Assembly: GCA_001949185.1 (NCBI GenBank)
Contig: BDGG01000026.1
Location: 1 to 64,000, forward strand
Length of the DNA stretch: 64,000 nucleotides
Source of the DNA: Ramazzottius varieornatus
Lineage: Eukaryota; Animalia; Tardigrada
Direction: 5' to 3'
The notes under the pieces were generated by a model. The model was not told the origin of the DNA. It saw only the letters and a program-made list of their open reading frames with translations, and did not search any database. Below, one piece after another: positions 23,345-40,553 of the stretch (position 1 is the first letter of the stretch; the number at the start of each line of letters is the position of its first letter). The position numbers were made by a program, and so were the translations under genes.

Positions 23345-24996
23345 ATGGATTCCGATGGTGATGAGGAACCCTGGGACGAAAGCAAGCCCAAGTACAAGTA
23401 CGAAGACGGCCTGGACCCTGAGCGTTTCTTGGAGCAGATGGAAACCATCCCGGCTTTTATGACCAAGCCGCCTGAGCTGTCCGCCACCGGGGAACTACCA
23501 CCTCTGGTCGAAGCTCTGCAAGCCCTCAAGTACGAAGAAGAAGATCCTGACGAATGTGCTGTCCAGTACAAACAAGACGGTAAAAGAACTTTGTAATAAA
23601 TGGTTGATTTATTTTATGCAGAAATTCGACTCAAAATCAAATTTGTCAGTGGAAATTCGGCAAGCCGCGCGGGTTGGTTCTACCTTCGGCTTGGCATTCC
23701 ACAACTGCGCCCTACGGCAGGCCGAATTTCGTTTGTTCATTAAAATTTGCTGAAGTTGCTGAAAAAAATCGCAACTCGTTTCATATCCTTTGCGTGGTCT
23801 TTGTTCGCGAAGAATATGATCTGTTGAGGTGTTTTGCAAATTGATTTCTTTGCAGGTAATCGGAATTTCAAGCTGAAGAAGTATCGATGGGCCATCGAGT
23901 GTTACGACAAGGCGCTGAAGCTTCCTCTGACGCAACACGACCTCAAAGCTGCTCTCTTCTTCAACCGAGCTGCGGCCAACTTCCAACTGGGAAACCACAG
24001 AAGGACTGTGAATGACTGCGCTGAAGCTGTCAAGATCAGTCCGACGTACAGCAAAGCCATTTTGAAAGGTAAGACGAAAGACTGCTTTTTGCACGGCACA
24101 GCCTTGAATGGTCTTTTTCATCAGCCAGGGCTGTGCCCAGTCGTTAATTTTCGGCGTTTGTCAGTGCCGCTTCCTGAAATCGATGATGTTTCCATCTTTC
24201 GGGTCCGAATCAGTCTATGTGGACAGCCTTACACCCTGAGATTTCCGTTCAAGCTAACTATCGAGAATAACGGATGAAAGAAGCGAAATTTTGGCTGAGA
24301 AGGTGGAGAAGGGAATTTTTGTTCTGTTCAACAGGTGCAAAGTCGTTGGTCGTCTTGGAAAAACTCACCGAAGCCTTGGAATGGATCGAACGAGGTTTGA
24401 AGCTGGACGAAAAGAGCTCGGAGCTTTTAGACCTGAAGACGAAGGTGAACACCGCCATGAAGAAGAAACAACGAGACGAAAGAATCGCCGAGAAAGAACA
24501 GAAGAGAATTTCAGCGTTGCAGGAGGCGGTCGCTCAACGCCGTATCAGGTTGGTGCCGGCCAACCCCTGGGAAGGCGACCACGTAGCCCGCACCCCGTCC
24601 GGCACGACCCTGCGTCTCAACGAGGAAGGGCGTCTAGTGTGGCCTGTTCGACTGCTCTTCCCCGAACACAACACGCAAGAGTTCGTGGAAGAGGTCGAAG
24701 AGAGCACGACGATTGCTGATATTCTGAGAATAGTTTTAGAAGAGGACCCGCCGCCGTGGGATGATAAAGGGGCGTACAGCTTGCAGAGTACCCAGTGCTT
24801 TTTCTGTGATAGTGAATCGAAATCGGTCATTTATGAAGTGGATAACAGTCTAACCTTGGAGGAAGTATTGAAACATCCTATATATTTTGTGGAAAATTGT
24901 TTACCGACGTTTTTAGTGCTGAGCTACAGTTTAAAGTCCAACTTCTCGCAGAATTATTTGAGTAAGTTTGAAACGATCGTTGAGATTCCTGACTGA
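23345..24996 (+). CDS. TTC4: TPR co-chaperone TTC4 (Cns1/Dpit47), 3 exons
   Basis: PAFMT..LPPLVEALQALKY; YKQDG|NRNFKLKKY; NRAAANFQLGN; LVWPVRLLFPE; PPWD motifs. Introns near 23580-23856 and 24069-24334. Confidence 0.92.
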
Positions 24997-25560
24997 CGGT
25001 GAAACGCCTTCTGCTTCGTTTGTTATACAACAAGCAATAATAAAGGTTCCAGTTTGCATAAGTGTGAAGTGATGGTAACTTCCCTTTCCCTAAACAAGGC
25101 GAATGGTCAAACAAAATTAACGAAGTGTAACGCCGGAAAGTACTGATACCATCATAATGTGGATCGAACGTTAACTTGCTTGCGAAGTATTCTTCCAGAT
25201 CGAAGGTCTGTCGTCATGCACCAGGTTGACTGTAAGGGCGTATCCTGTATCTGACATTAATACAGCAATAAAAACTCAGGTGAGTCTATGCGATTGCAGC
25301 ATGAACCTTTGTCTGAGAGTCAAGTGTTATCGGAACCGGAAGTGACCATGAGCGCGTCAGTTTCCTCGGTCTTCGGCGGTGCATATCGCGCGATACAAAT
25401 TGTCAGAAAATTCAACAGCTCCAACCAGTATTTAATTTTCAGAACGTTCATGGTTCTCGTTGTAGTTCCGCTGACAGTGCGGATAGATTTTTGAAGAAGT
25501 GGACCGAGGATCAATCGCGGTAACTTTCTTGTATTCATTCCACATTTGATCAGCTACAAG

Positions 25561-26416
25561 ATGGAATTCCGTCCCTGGATGCTCTTCGTCTGCATGTCTA
25601 TGACAGCTAAATTCCGAGGTAGTTATAACGTTGCTGCTGTGCAGGCTGTGACTGAAAATTTCTTCACTGGGAAGTCTTTTTGAGAGTTGTCTGGTTTTCT
25701 TTTCAAGATGTGGACGCAGCCAAATGTTACGTATGTATGGGTACAGATGAGGAAAATGGCCTTACGGAATTCCATAGTTGTCCTAATATTTACGACAAAA
25801 GTAGCACCAAGCAGGTTGAGTGTTACAGTAGCCCCAACTCGAAGATGGGAGCGCACTGTTTAACCTTTGTTGGGTCTCAGCTGTGGAACCCTAACGCACT
25901 CACGCCGCCACCGCCCGCCCGCGACGGTACGTCGATTTTGGAACCATTTGATCAAACTAACCGAAGGGATACCTTGCCGCTATATTCAACAGATATACTC
26001 TTACACTGACAGGGCGATGTAGTTGTTTCTTGACTTGTCGTTAAGAACTACTAATACGAGAGATTTGGTACATCCAGTGCTGACTGTATGTAGGTGTGTT
26101 ACGGCTGTGTCTTAACGATAAGGTCCAAACAAACCTTCTGGGAAGCCAGTTTGCGGACGCGGTTACGGAAGTGATGAAAGCGGAGGAATGCAGAGCGAGC
26201 GAGAATCTTCAAAACCACCCCACTCAGCTTGACCAGAAGGGAGGAAAAATCCCTACCATGAGGATCAGAGGTCTGGCATGTGCCTGCGCTACCGACTACT
26301 GCAACAACCGCTACAACGCCAGCTTGCTCACGTACAGCGCGTCCAGCAAGAGTTTCTCCAGCTGGACCGCCACATTATTCTTGTTCACTTCAGTTGTCTT
26401 GATGCAGTCTAACTGA
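25561..26416 (+). CDS. Ly6/three-finger (quiver/sleepless-like) GPI-anchored protein, 3 exons
   Basis: Signal-like exon 1; KCYVC start; 10 Cys; CACATDYCN end; hydrophobic GPI-type tail; phase-1 introns. Confidence 0.8.
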
Positions 26417-26543
26417 TGTTACATCTTTTGCAAATTTCACTATATTTCATTTTCCTGGAGTTTTTTACAACAGACTTTGAGGAGAACGTAATGGCGTAAC
26501 TGATTGAAACAGTGGCCGTAATAATAAACAGTTGAGGTTCAGT

Positions 26544-28816
<2,273 letters not shown>

Positions 28817-29452
28817 TCTCTTTCACTCGGCTAAATTTTCTCCAAGGGGAAACAGATACGGTGGACAACAGTAAATTTAGCAATAGGTCGATGCCGGCAT
28901 CGCCTGAACGGAAAGAACCCTGGTCAATTCCCCAAAAAAGATACTCAAGTTCCGAAATCGAACGTCTTGCCGAACCGTCAGAGAGCGAAGAGTAAGAAAG
29001 CACAACTCAAAACGAAAAGAGACTTTCGTGAATTTTAACCTGCGACCTTCTTCGAGAGTGGAGAAAGAAACAATCACAGTGTCCGGCTAACAGCGAAAGT
29101 TACTCACGATCTTCCCCTTCCAGTTCTTTTTTTCGCTTGGTCCTCCTATTTCGAATTTCATTCAAGCCATCGTTCGCTTCTGCTTTCTCTTTATCCAAGT
29201 TCACTTTCTACCATTCAGCCCAATTGTGGTGGAATGAATACATACAAGAGAAGCTTTTCATTCCATCTGACACCGGCTCATTAGCCACCCAAAAACTAGA
29301 AAACCATACAAGTGGAATACAAGGTTAGTGTAAAAAAGGAGGTATTTAAATTAGGGGGTAAAAACTTGTGTAGATTGCCAGGAAGTGGTGTTTAGTTCAA
29401 GAGTGAGGAATAAACGAGATTACTGAAAGCACAACGTGTCACTCTTGCTTCT

Positions 29453-31754
29453 TTACTCGTAGATGGCAATGACGACCATCATGGCGATGCCGATCAGCAG
29501 CGCAGCAATCTCCATCAAGGACTGCTTGATCTTGCTCTCCATCAGCAGCTCGGGAATGACGCTGACCGTGGCAATGTAGATGAAACCACCAGCGGTGAAG
29601 GCCAGGATGGGCGACGTCTTGTCTTCCGTCTCCGACACACCGAAGATCAAGCTGACCAGACAACCTGCAGGACAAGACTGCATGAGTTACATACGCAACG
29701 GCATAAGAGAAAAAATACCAAGTCACATACTGAACGACCAACTAACCGAAATAATTTGGGAGCTTGGCAGACAATTTCGACCAGATTGTATTGTCAAGTG
29801 GCGCACGCCCACAGCCAATTAGACCGAAAGCGTGCGCCACTGGGACAAACTCGACAAGATCGTTTCCCCAAGTGGCGCACGCTTTCAGTATAATTGGCTG
29901 CAAGGTTGCGCCACTTGACAAAACGTTCGGGTCGCGTCTGTTTGCCGAGCTTGCGTTTATGAGTTTCTTCGAAGTTTAAATTGCTTTACCCAGGAAGGCC
30001 CCAACCGCTGTGACGAGCTGAAGCAGTATGGCCTTCTTCTTGGAACACCCGGACTGGACGAGAAGAGCGAAGTCACCGATTTCATGTCTGAAAAAAAATG
30101 AAGCAAATGGAGAAAAAAATAAGTAGTTTAGGCAGGGTAAGAATTCGATACGTACGGAATTTCGTGAAAGAGTATGGTGAAAGTGGTGATCCAACCAATG
30201 TTCTGACCAACCAGGAAGGATGCTCCAATGGCCAAGCCATCGGTGAAGTTGTGGGCAAAGTCAGCGGCGAAGTTGAGGTAGCCACCAACCTTGATGTCGT
30301 TCGGCGAAGGCACAACGGCTTCCTTGTCGTATTCCTCATCGCTCTCCTCTCGTTCCGGCTTGTTCTTGGCGTCTCGCACCACCGTTGTCTCTTCTGTCAC
30401 TTGGGTTGTTTCTCTGACGTCGGGATCCCCAGCGGCATGCTTCCGTTCTCGCACAACTTCTGGGAAGAAAGAAAACTCGAATCAAAATCAGATGTTCTTC
30501 CCACGGTTGAAAGTCGCTCTTACCGTAATCTTCTTCCTCTGAGCTCTTTTTCTGGCTTTCTTCCCCGGAAGACTTTCGGCTGGCCAAGTCCACCTTCTTC
30601 TTCTGTACAACCTTGCCTTGTTTCGCAGGACCATGCGAGTGTCCGTGAGAATGTCCATGAGAATGGCCTTGAGAATGGCCTTGCGCGCCTTTGACGTGAC
30701 GGATAACCTGCAATCAAGACAATCAACCGTTACAAAACAACTCAAGGGCCAATGGTCAAGACCGTGCCCTTGTATTTGGCGAACCAGACGGTGTCTGCGC
30801 TTCTGATTACAAATCATCTACGCGAAGGAAAAGCCATACACCTTACTGACCAACAGGGAAATACAATTTCGGAATTATTTCTACCTTTTCGACGATGAGG
30901 AAGGAGATGATGCCGGCCAAAACCCACAGTCCGACAATGGTGTGTCCGAGATGGTCGTGAACTTCTTCCTTCTCTTTGTGAATGTGGGTGTGGCCATGGT
31001 GGTGGTCAACTTCCGTGTGGCTGTGGCTGTGAGAGTGACCGGGAACCGCGTGAGGAATGAGGTGCAGGAAGGCATCGCCCAGCAGACTTCCTGATGCGAA
31101 AGCCAGGAAAATTCGCAGCAGAGGCTGGCTCGCGGCATCGTTGGCCTCAATGGGGATGAAGAAGAGAATCAGGAAAGGAGCTAGACTGATGGCTAAGGTG
31201 GACAACAGAGCGTTAAGCCAGGCAGAATACGGAACGACGACTTTGGGACGGAGTGGAAGACGTCCGTGTGTATGTGCATGACCGTGGGCGCCATGGCTGT
31301 GCGCACCCTGGGTACGCGCATGCATGTGCCCATGTGCGTGATCGTGTCCGGGTTGACTGTGCGCACCCGCTGGGACTTTTACCGTGCGCTCAGTGTGCTC
31401 ATGGTAGTGCGACTGCGCCTGGCCTCGAGGCGGAGTCTTTACCTGCAGACAACATTCAGTTACGGTATCAGCTCGCGCACCCGCACCCCAACCTGAACGT
31501 TTTCATTCCGAAAGCTAGCACGCAGGTGGTTGCTCCTCACTTACCTGGGCTTGGTTGGCTTGTTTGGAGTATTTGAAGGAGGCAGGTTCCGCGTGCGCGT
31601 GATCATGATCATGGTCGTGGTCATGATGATAGTGATCGTGGATATGTCCAGCTTCCCCGTGAGCATGATGATGTCCAGCGTGGCTGGCAACCGGTGAGAA
31701 GTCGAGCGCTACCAGGAAGCACAGTGCCAGGAAGACTACTTGCCGGATGCCCAT
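29453..31754 (-). CDS. SLC39A7: ER zinc transporter ZIP7 (Catsup/KE4)
   Basis: Signal peptide; His-rich N-terminus; SFKYSKQAN; [18 protein letters not shown]; [20 protein letters not shown]; HEIP|HEIGDFA; [11 protein letters not shown]. Confidence 0.95.
29761..29951. repeat. Palindromic repeat family, full two-unit intronic copy
   Basis: AGCTTGGCAGAC...GTTTGCCGAGCT ends; both spacers 25 nt; in a ZIP7 intron. Confidence 0.85.
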
Positions 31755-33049
31755 GCTGAATTGCCCAAACAGGATAGCAGGAGCGAGGCAAGAGTCCCGT
31801 GCAAATACGTCCACAATCTGCCGAACTATAATCTGGTATGAACGACGGGAATATAAGACCACGAGGAAACAAGAGATGGAGAACGAAATACGACAGACTG
31901 TTCATCTAAATGAAATCCGCCACGTTAGAACGTTACAGGGCCGTGCCGAGAATCGAGATATTCAAGGCCGCGCCGGGAGTGCATTGCCCTGTTTCAACAA
32001 GCGCAAGACGTACGTACGTTGTACAACTACGGACGAGGATAATGTTAAGCCCGCTGGTGGATTCTCGTTCGCTCCGTAGAGGCTGTTAGATTCTCAATTC
32101 GGCAAATTAATCCTGCTGCTACCTTGGAGACAGCAAACAATTCAAGACAACTGAACAATGCAACTAGTGACGTCATCCGCTCGCAGCCACACAGTGGTTA
32201 CCAGAAACGAATAGTCTCTGTTTCTTTTGAGTTGCCAGTAGCCACGATACTTTCCTACAGTGATCGGGGACGAAATCTCAAAACTAATCAAAGGAGACAG
32301 CGACGACGATTTGATTGATGTTTACGTGTAATATCAGTGTCGCACTGCTGAACTTTGAAGTCTTTGCTGATTGAGTTTCAGTTTCACGTTTACAGGTTCT
32401 CCAAATTGTCGCACCTTGCAGGCTTCCGTTTGAAGAAAGACTTACCTGTGTGATGCGCGACCGAGCAGAAGGAAACGCTCTTGAAGCAGCATGTGAAGCC
32501 TAGTGATCGCCACGTTCAACAGCAAGTCTTACCTCGGCGCCAATTCATCATCAGATCGCCTCATTTAAAATCGCCATCTCGCCTGTCCACGTCTGCATAT
32601 ACAATCTTCACTGTACCCTTCTGTAAAGAGCTTCCTCGCGTTACTTGCAAGAAAGGAAGGATCGCTTTCGGTCCCAAATGTTGTCTGGAAACTGGTGCAG
32701 TTTTGTCCACTCCGAGGCGTCTAATCAACAATCAACAATCAACATACTGGTTGTTTTTCGGGTGATTTCTTTCATATTTCGTTAATCCTCATAATCCTCC
32801 CACCCACTCCTGCCTTCGCTCTCTCCATCCGCCACACCTTGGCGTGGTTGCTTTGACTTCTTCCCAGTGAAAACGGAGGTAGGAATAAACTTGTTTGCAT
32901 CCGAAACTCAAACTCAATCTCAATTGCTCGGTTGAGTTTTCTGTGATTTCACCGTAATTATTTATGCTAAAATTTTGAAATGTTGAGTTTTTGCAGGCTT
33001 TCTCCTTCTGTACGTTCGCCGAACTTCCTGCTTCGCGCTGTGGTGAAAG

Positions 33050-34715
<1,666 letters not shown>

Positions 34716-35047
34716 AATCCAAACATAGTCACTTTATTCACTTCTTCCGGATATAAAAAAGTTCATTTCGGACTTCTGGTTTCTGTGTGAAGTTTCTTTC
34801 TTGGGTTGTTTGTCAGGCTAGAGCCGCTTTGATCTTCTCCCTTTTTCCATGTTTTTTTTCCACACTGATTGTATTGCTCGAGCTCGATGTCTGTCTTTTC
34901 CGCGTCTGCGGCGTCTTCTTGCTTCGATGGCGTAATGCACAGAACGGTTCTTCGGCAGTAGAATACCTCTTACACAAGTTTCTTTGCTATTTACGGATAT
35001 GACTCAGAATAAAACAGTCGGAACGATGAAAGTTTCCGTGCAACTCA

Positions 35048-35231
35048 AACTGGGCAAAAACATTCTTCCGAAGTGGCGCAGGCTTACAGTTCGTAACACT
35101 ATAAGTGTGCGCCACTTGAGAGAACAGAGCCTACAAGATCGTTGTTCCAAGCAGCGCTCGTTGTCACCCAGCCACACCGCGAACGTGCGCCACTTGGTGG
35201 AGAGATCTTGTCGAGTTTGTCTGCCGAGCTC
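35048..35231. repeat. Palindromic repeat family, two-unit copy between convergent GOLPH3 and hyccin
   Basis: AAGTGGCGCAG-N25-GTGCGCCACTTG; ends TCTGCCGAGCT. Confidence 0.8.
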
Positions 35232-35661
35232 CTCGAGCCTCCGTGTCTTACACCGTCTTGGGAAAGTCTCCGGTAATTACAGCTTTGGGTTGCAACATGA
35301 ATATTCGTGAAGACCTGCCTTAAGGAGAATACGGTAGATGTGCCCCTCTAACGGAAGCCGTCAAACCGGCTTCTCCATTTCTCGTCAGACTAATATAGCC
35401 ACGACTGAATAGAGTTTCGGTTGGTTGATCGAGAAAAGCACCACCGTCGAGTTTGAGCACTGTAACTTCCCTTTCACTCTTTACAGTTTCGCGAAGCCGC
35501 CGTTCAAGACAGCTATTTGCACCGGTATAGTTCCACAGTATGAAATGGAGTTCTTCTAAAAGCAGGCGCCAGAAAAGGAATATGGTAAGGGAAGCAGAGT
35601 TTTCTAGCTGGGTGAAAAAACAGTAAAAAATCCACCGAATCTAACAAAGAGGAGGAGCTTT

Positions 35662-37433
35662 TTAGGAAGTCGGGTCGAGAATTCCGTGGCCCACATCGAT
35701 CTTGACATTCTCCTCGTACAGCTCCTCGTCTTCCTCATAGTTGGCCTTTCCGCCGCTCTTCCTGGCGACCTCCACTCCCGCTTCCTCGTCCCGTTCACCT
35801 TCGCTCTCCCTGTACGATCGTTCCTCTCCGGGTTTGAGGATGACCGGTATGTCCACCACCTTCTTCCACCGAAGAGACGACGTGGTCTGCAGGAGAGCAC
35901 GGTGTTCCAGACCGCCAAAGCACTTGATGGGCGGCACCATCGGCTTGTTAATGTCGTCCTCGGCACCACCACGCGCTTCGCCTCGCGCCACGATGGCGTT
36001 GGCCAGTAGAATGATCGAAGGCTGCAACAAGTGCTCGCCTTGCTTGGCTATCTCTTTGGTTATGTCAACAGCTTCAGCTCGGAGAATGACTTGGTAAATC
36101 AATACAGAAAGTAAATCGAGATAACCTAAGAGAAACTCTGGCGGGAGAATATTCTTTAGTTTTTTGGTCGAGTTGGAGAACGTTTTCTGGATCACGAAAT
36201 CTTTTTCTTGATACGAAGGTCCAGCTCGGAGTTTCACATACTTGCTCAGGCTGCGGAGTATTTCAAAACGCCGATCGTTCGGAAGAGTTTGCGGATTTTC
36301 CTCGTTAACCTGTGAAAATTAATAAAATAGACAAAACGCGCCAGCAAGTGAGAGTCGAACCGACGACCACCTGACAACAAGGCATAATTTACGCCTCATC
36401 GCTAGCCATATTCAAATTATTACTGATAGCGGTCCGTAACGGTAAAGAATTCGTGATATGATTTCACCGTTTCGTCTGAAGCTTTTTCGGATGGATTCGT
36501 TCCATACACCATCTGGCCGAACTTGAGAACATTCTGTTGACAGGCGTGAGTGTACTTGACGAGATGAAGTCCCAGATGTCGCATGAGAGCGCGGAAGACG
36601 GTCCATCTGCCCGTGCGAGTCAGCTTGTCGACGAGCCCGACGAACTTCCGGTCCGACAGACGTAAAACCACATCCTTGTGCTGCGGTTGCTGGACGTGCT
36701 CCTTGTTGACATCAAGGTAGCTCTTCTGAAGAAGAAGCGTGCTGAACTCGGAAGAATCGTGGTAGACGCTGGGAACTGTCAGGTCCGGAATAACGTATGT
36801 CACCGTCTGCGAAAATGACAGAAAAAGAAATGAATAAACTCTCATGGTGTCAAGTGAGCAAAACGGCGCTCTTATCAATCAAAACAAAAGTTGTTGCCCT
36901 TTTCAACTTGCGCATGACGTACGGGCCTCTTACTTCCGGGTGATCAGCTGTGTTTGAATGCCGTTATAGTTCGACATGTACGAGATAACATATTTGTTTT
37001 AGAATTATGATCGCACCTTGGAATGGCCTTTCTCGTCCAAGACAAGGACATTGTAGCATGCGATTATCAGGTCTTCCGGACTCAGTCCTTCTGCTTCTGC
37101 CCTTTCAGCTGCCCCGTGAGGTGCGTAGCAGCCGTTAAAGTGTCGCCAGATCAAAGGCATGATCAGCTGCGCGACGAAGCTCATCAAGTCTGCATTGTTC
37201 GAGCGGAGACAACGGTATAGTTGTGCATAGAGACGCTCGAGTAGCCCGTACTCCTTGTCGCCGTTGCTCTGAATGTTGAGGAAGGCGAAAAGGTACTCGC
37301 TGATGGCTCCGATCACAGCTTCATCCGCCATAAGAGACTTGCCCAGTGTCGCCAGCTCGGAATCAGAGTGGATCTTGCGCTTCTCCATCCCACTGACAAA
37401 CTCGCTGACTTGTCGCGTGGCACTGCCTTCCAT
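35662..37433 (-). CDS. FAM126: Hyccin / FAM126 family protein (PI4KIIIalpha complex subunit), 3 coding exons
   Basis: LLERLYAQLYRCLRS..FVAQLIMPLIW and EDLIIACYNVLVLDEKGHSK|TVTYVIPDLTVPSVYH resemble hyccin EALLLGVYNLEIVDK.G..K..SFTIPSLSKPSVYH; LLANAI near the end. Confidence 0.8.
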
Positions 37434-37596
37434 GATGAAAACCTGCAATTCAAACAACACTTCGAGGAACACCACAGAAGCGATCCAGTACGATGCACAC
37501 CGCGCAGAGAAGTTCCAGGTAAATTGTGGTAAAAAACTGATAACAAGAAAATGTTAGTTTCCACTTTCCAGTTTCCTCGCGGGTAGTGCTGGCTAA

Positions 37597-37947
37597 TGCC
37601 CCATTCGTGCTTACGCGTCGGCGACAGAAGACAGCAGTGAAAACGGTGAAAAACGGAAAAGGAATCTCGAAAGAGCAAAGGCAGTCGGCCAATTCGGACA
37701 GGTTGTGGTCTGTGACATGACACCACACCATATGACATGACCTGACCTGACAATCCGTTTCTGCCGCAGCGGCATCGGAGCATGAACGACAGGCAGTTTT
37801 ACGGAAAGGTGCAGAGTCAACACTTGGCGAAAAAGTTGTGACATCATGCCTGCGTCAGAAATTTGCGAACCGTTGGCAGCCGTTTTACATGATTGCAAAC
37901 TTCTCGCCTTTGACTTATGTCGCCGACGCGTAAGCACGAATGGGGCA
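37597..37947. mobile_element. Tourist-like (PIF/Harbinger) MITE
   Basis: 30-bp perfect TIR TGCCCCATTCGTGCTTACGCGTCGGCGACA; TAA TSD at 37594-37596 and 37948-37950. Confidence 0.88.
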
Positions 37948-37974
37948 TAATGATGAGCAATAAACGCAGATGAT

Positions 37975-38607
37975 CCGTGACTGCTGGCAACGATACTGTA
38001 TACCGATATCCTATCGAAATATATCGAATCTTTGCGATAAGATATGCGGCAGATATCGTATCGAGAATATTGATATGAAGCTCATATCGAACAACACAAC
38101 AAGATAGTCGGCGATATCGTATCGCGCCATATCGATATATGATGGATATATCGGTATTTTGCTGAATGGCAAACTCTCCAGTGATGTCTCGTTTACGGAA
38201 GACCATGGTTGATTTCAAAGACCTGATTTTGGCCATGGTGTACCGAGCACACTCCGCCCATTCGGTTCTGGTACTAATTCTGTTCAGGTTTCCATGTTTT
38301 TGAAGTCTTGGTATAGTCATATCTTTGCTGCATCCGACGGTTTCGATCTTACTATTACTTTATGTGGAAATCGGCTTCATGAGTTTTTGGGATTGAACCA
38401 GAGGGATTGCGAAAAAATAAAATTCCAGAAATATCGATATATCGCTGCGATATGATACGATATATCGAAAATACGGTGTCGGAAAAATATCGTATCGAAA
38501 TATCGATATCGAATGAATATTAAAGTCCGCAATAAAATATCTGCCGATATTGTATCGAAAATAGATCGTATCGAATTTTATCGTTATTTTGCCAGCGCTA
38601 CTCACGG
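37975..38607. mobile_element. MITE with dense CGATA/TATCG subterminal repeats (hAT-like)
   Basis: GCTGGCAA / TTGCCAGC ends; many ATCG-core motifs clustered at both ends; TSD not resolved. Confidence 0.65.
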
Positions 38608-40553
38608 GCATACAAGTGCTGCTAAAAGGGGCCTCCGCTTCTCCAGGGCTTGCCGAAATTGCAAGCCACCGAAAACGGTATGCCCTAACTTCCCTTAGTC
38701 ATGATCAAACAGTTGGTAACGTGTGCGTGGTGTAGACTTCCACACTGAGACACCCGGTTCAGCTATGTCGAGCACGCTTTTTGCAGCTCAGCGGTTACTG
38801 GAAAGTTCGAAAATAGATGCCGTATTGTCAAAACAGATCAGCTTATAGTTTCTGTGTATCCCTTGATTAAATAAAGAGCTGATTTTCAGTTTTCTTAGGG
38901 GAGTACATCACATTACGTACGAGGTAAACGGCATAATTCGGGCATGACAATTTCCGACCCATAATTCGGGCAACTGTTTTCTCCGTAACGGCTGGACGGA
39001 TCAGCGTTATTTGTAGTTTGCCGAGTGGAAAAACTCGTTTACGGTAGCCTTAAACAGTTTTGAGGATGATCTGGTGGACGGAATCCGAAAAGCAGGACTC
39101 CCGCCAGAGGAGGGTATCGCTAATGTTAAAAAGCCTACGAAATTAGATTGAGAAGGGCCACAAGAGGCGCTTGACTCGATTTATTTAACAATCTTTGACG
39201 TCATAAAGCTCGTTTGAAGTAAAAACGGACTTTCACATGACAAGACGCTGCTCGATGACGCATTTCTGCCTGCCGACGAATTTCTGATGCGATACCGCAC
39301 GGCCATTTCTCACAACAGAACTTTCTCTTGAGGATTCTTCACAGTGCTGTAGTATTTCTCTTCAGAATGTCGCGCCTTCCCAAGCTCATGATTGCGTCTC
39401 AGGTGCACAGAGAACTGGCGATGGAGGCAACTCCTCATGAAGTGAAGAACGGACAGAGTGAACAGTCCTGCAAAGTTGTACGAAGTAAGTCGCACAACAC
39501 TGACGAATGGGGACAACCAGCCCAATCCTACTCTCGTCGGTGCTCCAACCAAGCTTCCATCCTGGGAAGAGGCAGTGACCAGGGAATCCCTTTGAATCGT
39601 TACCATTTGCTGCAACTATTCTGTCAGGTGGCTGCCGGTCTGGGTAAGTTTGAAGACACGGTAAAGAGTTACGAAGTTCAAATCAAGAGTTTGGTTTTAC
39701 CACAGGTTTGAAGAATCATGGCTTCGACAACAAGTACGTTCGTCGCTTTCTGACTCGTCAATGTGATCTTTCGCTACAGATTACAACTCTTCCAACCGGG
39801 AAAAAGACAGGGAATGGACCACCGTACGCTGTGAAGAGTATATATCCAAGCTGGATTAATTACAAGAGGATTCCTCGACCGACCAGAGCAAGTGTAGAAC
39901 CTCGCCGAGACGCTTTCAACACCTCCGAGATGTACGATCGTGTCATAGCCAGGAAAGGTGCCAAGCATATTCCCTCTCAGTTCGATGGGAACGAGAAGGA
40001 AAATGTCACCATTCTGCCTTGCGCAAAATGCTGCTGGAGTCCAGCTGAGGTTTATGGCATTGTATGCAGAGGAAGTCCATGTTCAGTCTCGTTTGGATGA
40101 TACGTTTGGTCTCTGCTATCATGCTGTGAATGTTTCCGGATACATGGATTAGCTCCACTTCGCCAACTACATCAAGCAGGAAGTTTTCCCAGCCACAACA
40201 GACCTCGAGGTAGCGCATAACGTCACTTCTGACATTTCGGTCAATTACAGTACTACTGACACCTTAGTAAAATAATAAGGGGGTTCAACGGTTGATTACA
40301 CCGCTGGTGGAATTTCATCCGGTGGAAATGACTCCACCCCTGCCCCTCGCAGTTGGTCTATCCATTCCACCGAAAATTACATTCCACCGAAGACTCGGTG
40401 TCGACTCACTCCCGAGTAACTCGTAATCCCACCGGCTGACGAAACTTTCGGTTTCTACTTGCAGAGTGCGGAAGTTTCTTTACAGATATCGTTTTCGTTC
40501 TCCATCTTTCTGCACTTCTTGCTCTGTGCTTTTTTATCAGTACTGTGGTTACC

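Noticed and set aside
38710-38770. tRNA/SINE-like A and B boxes (also near 60155-60205)
   Set aside because: No cloverleaf and poor box matches.
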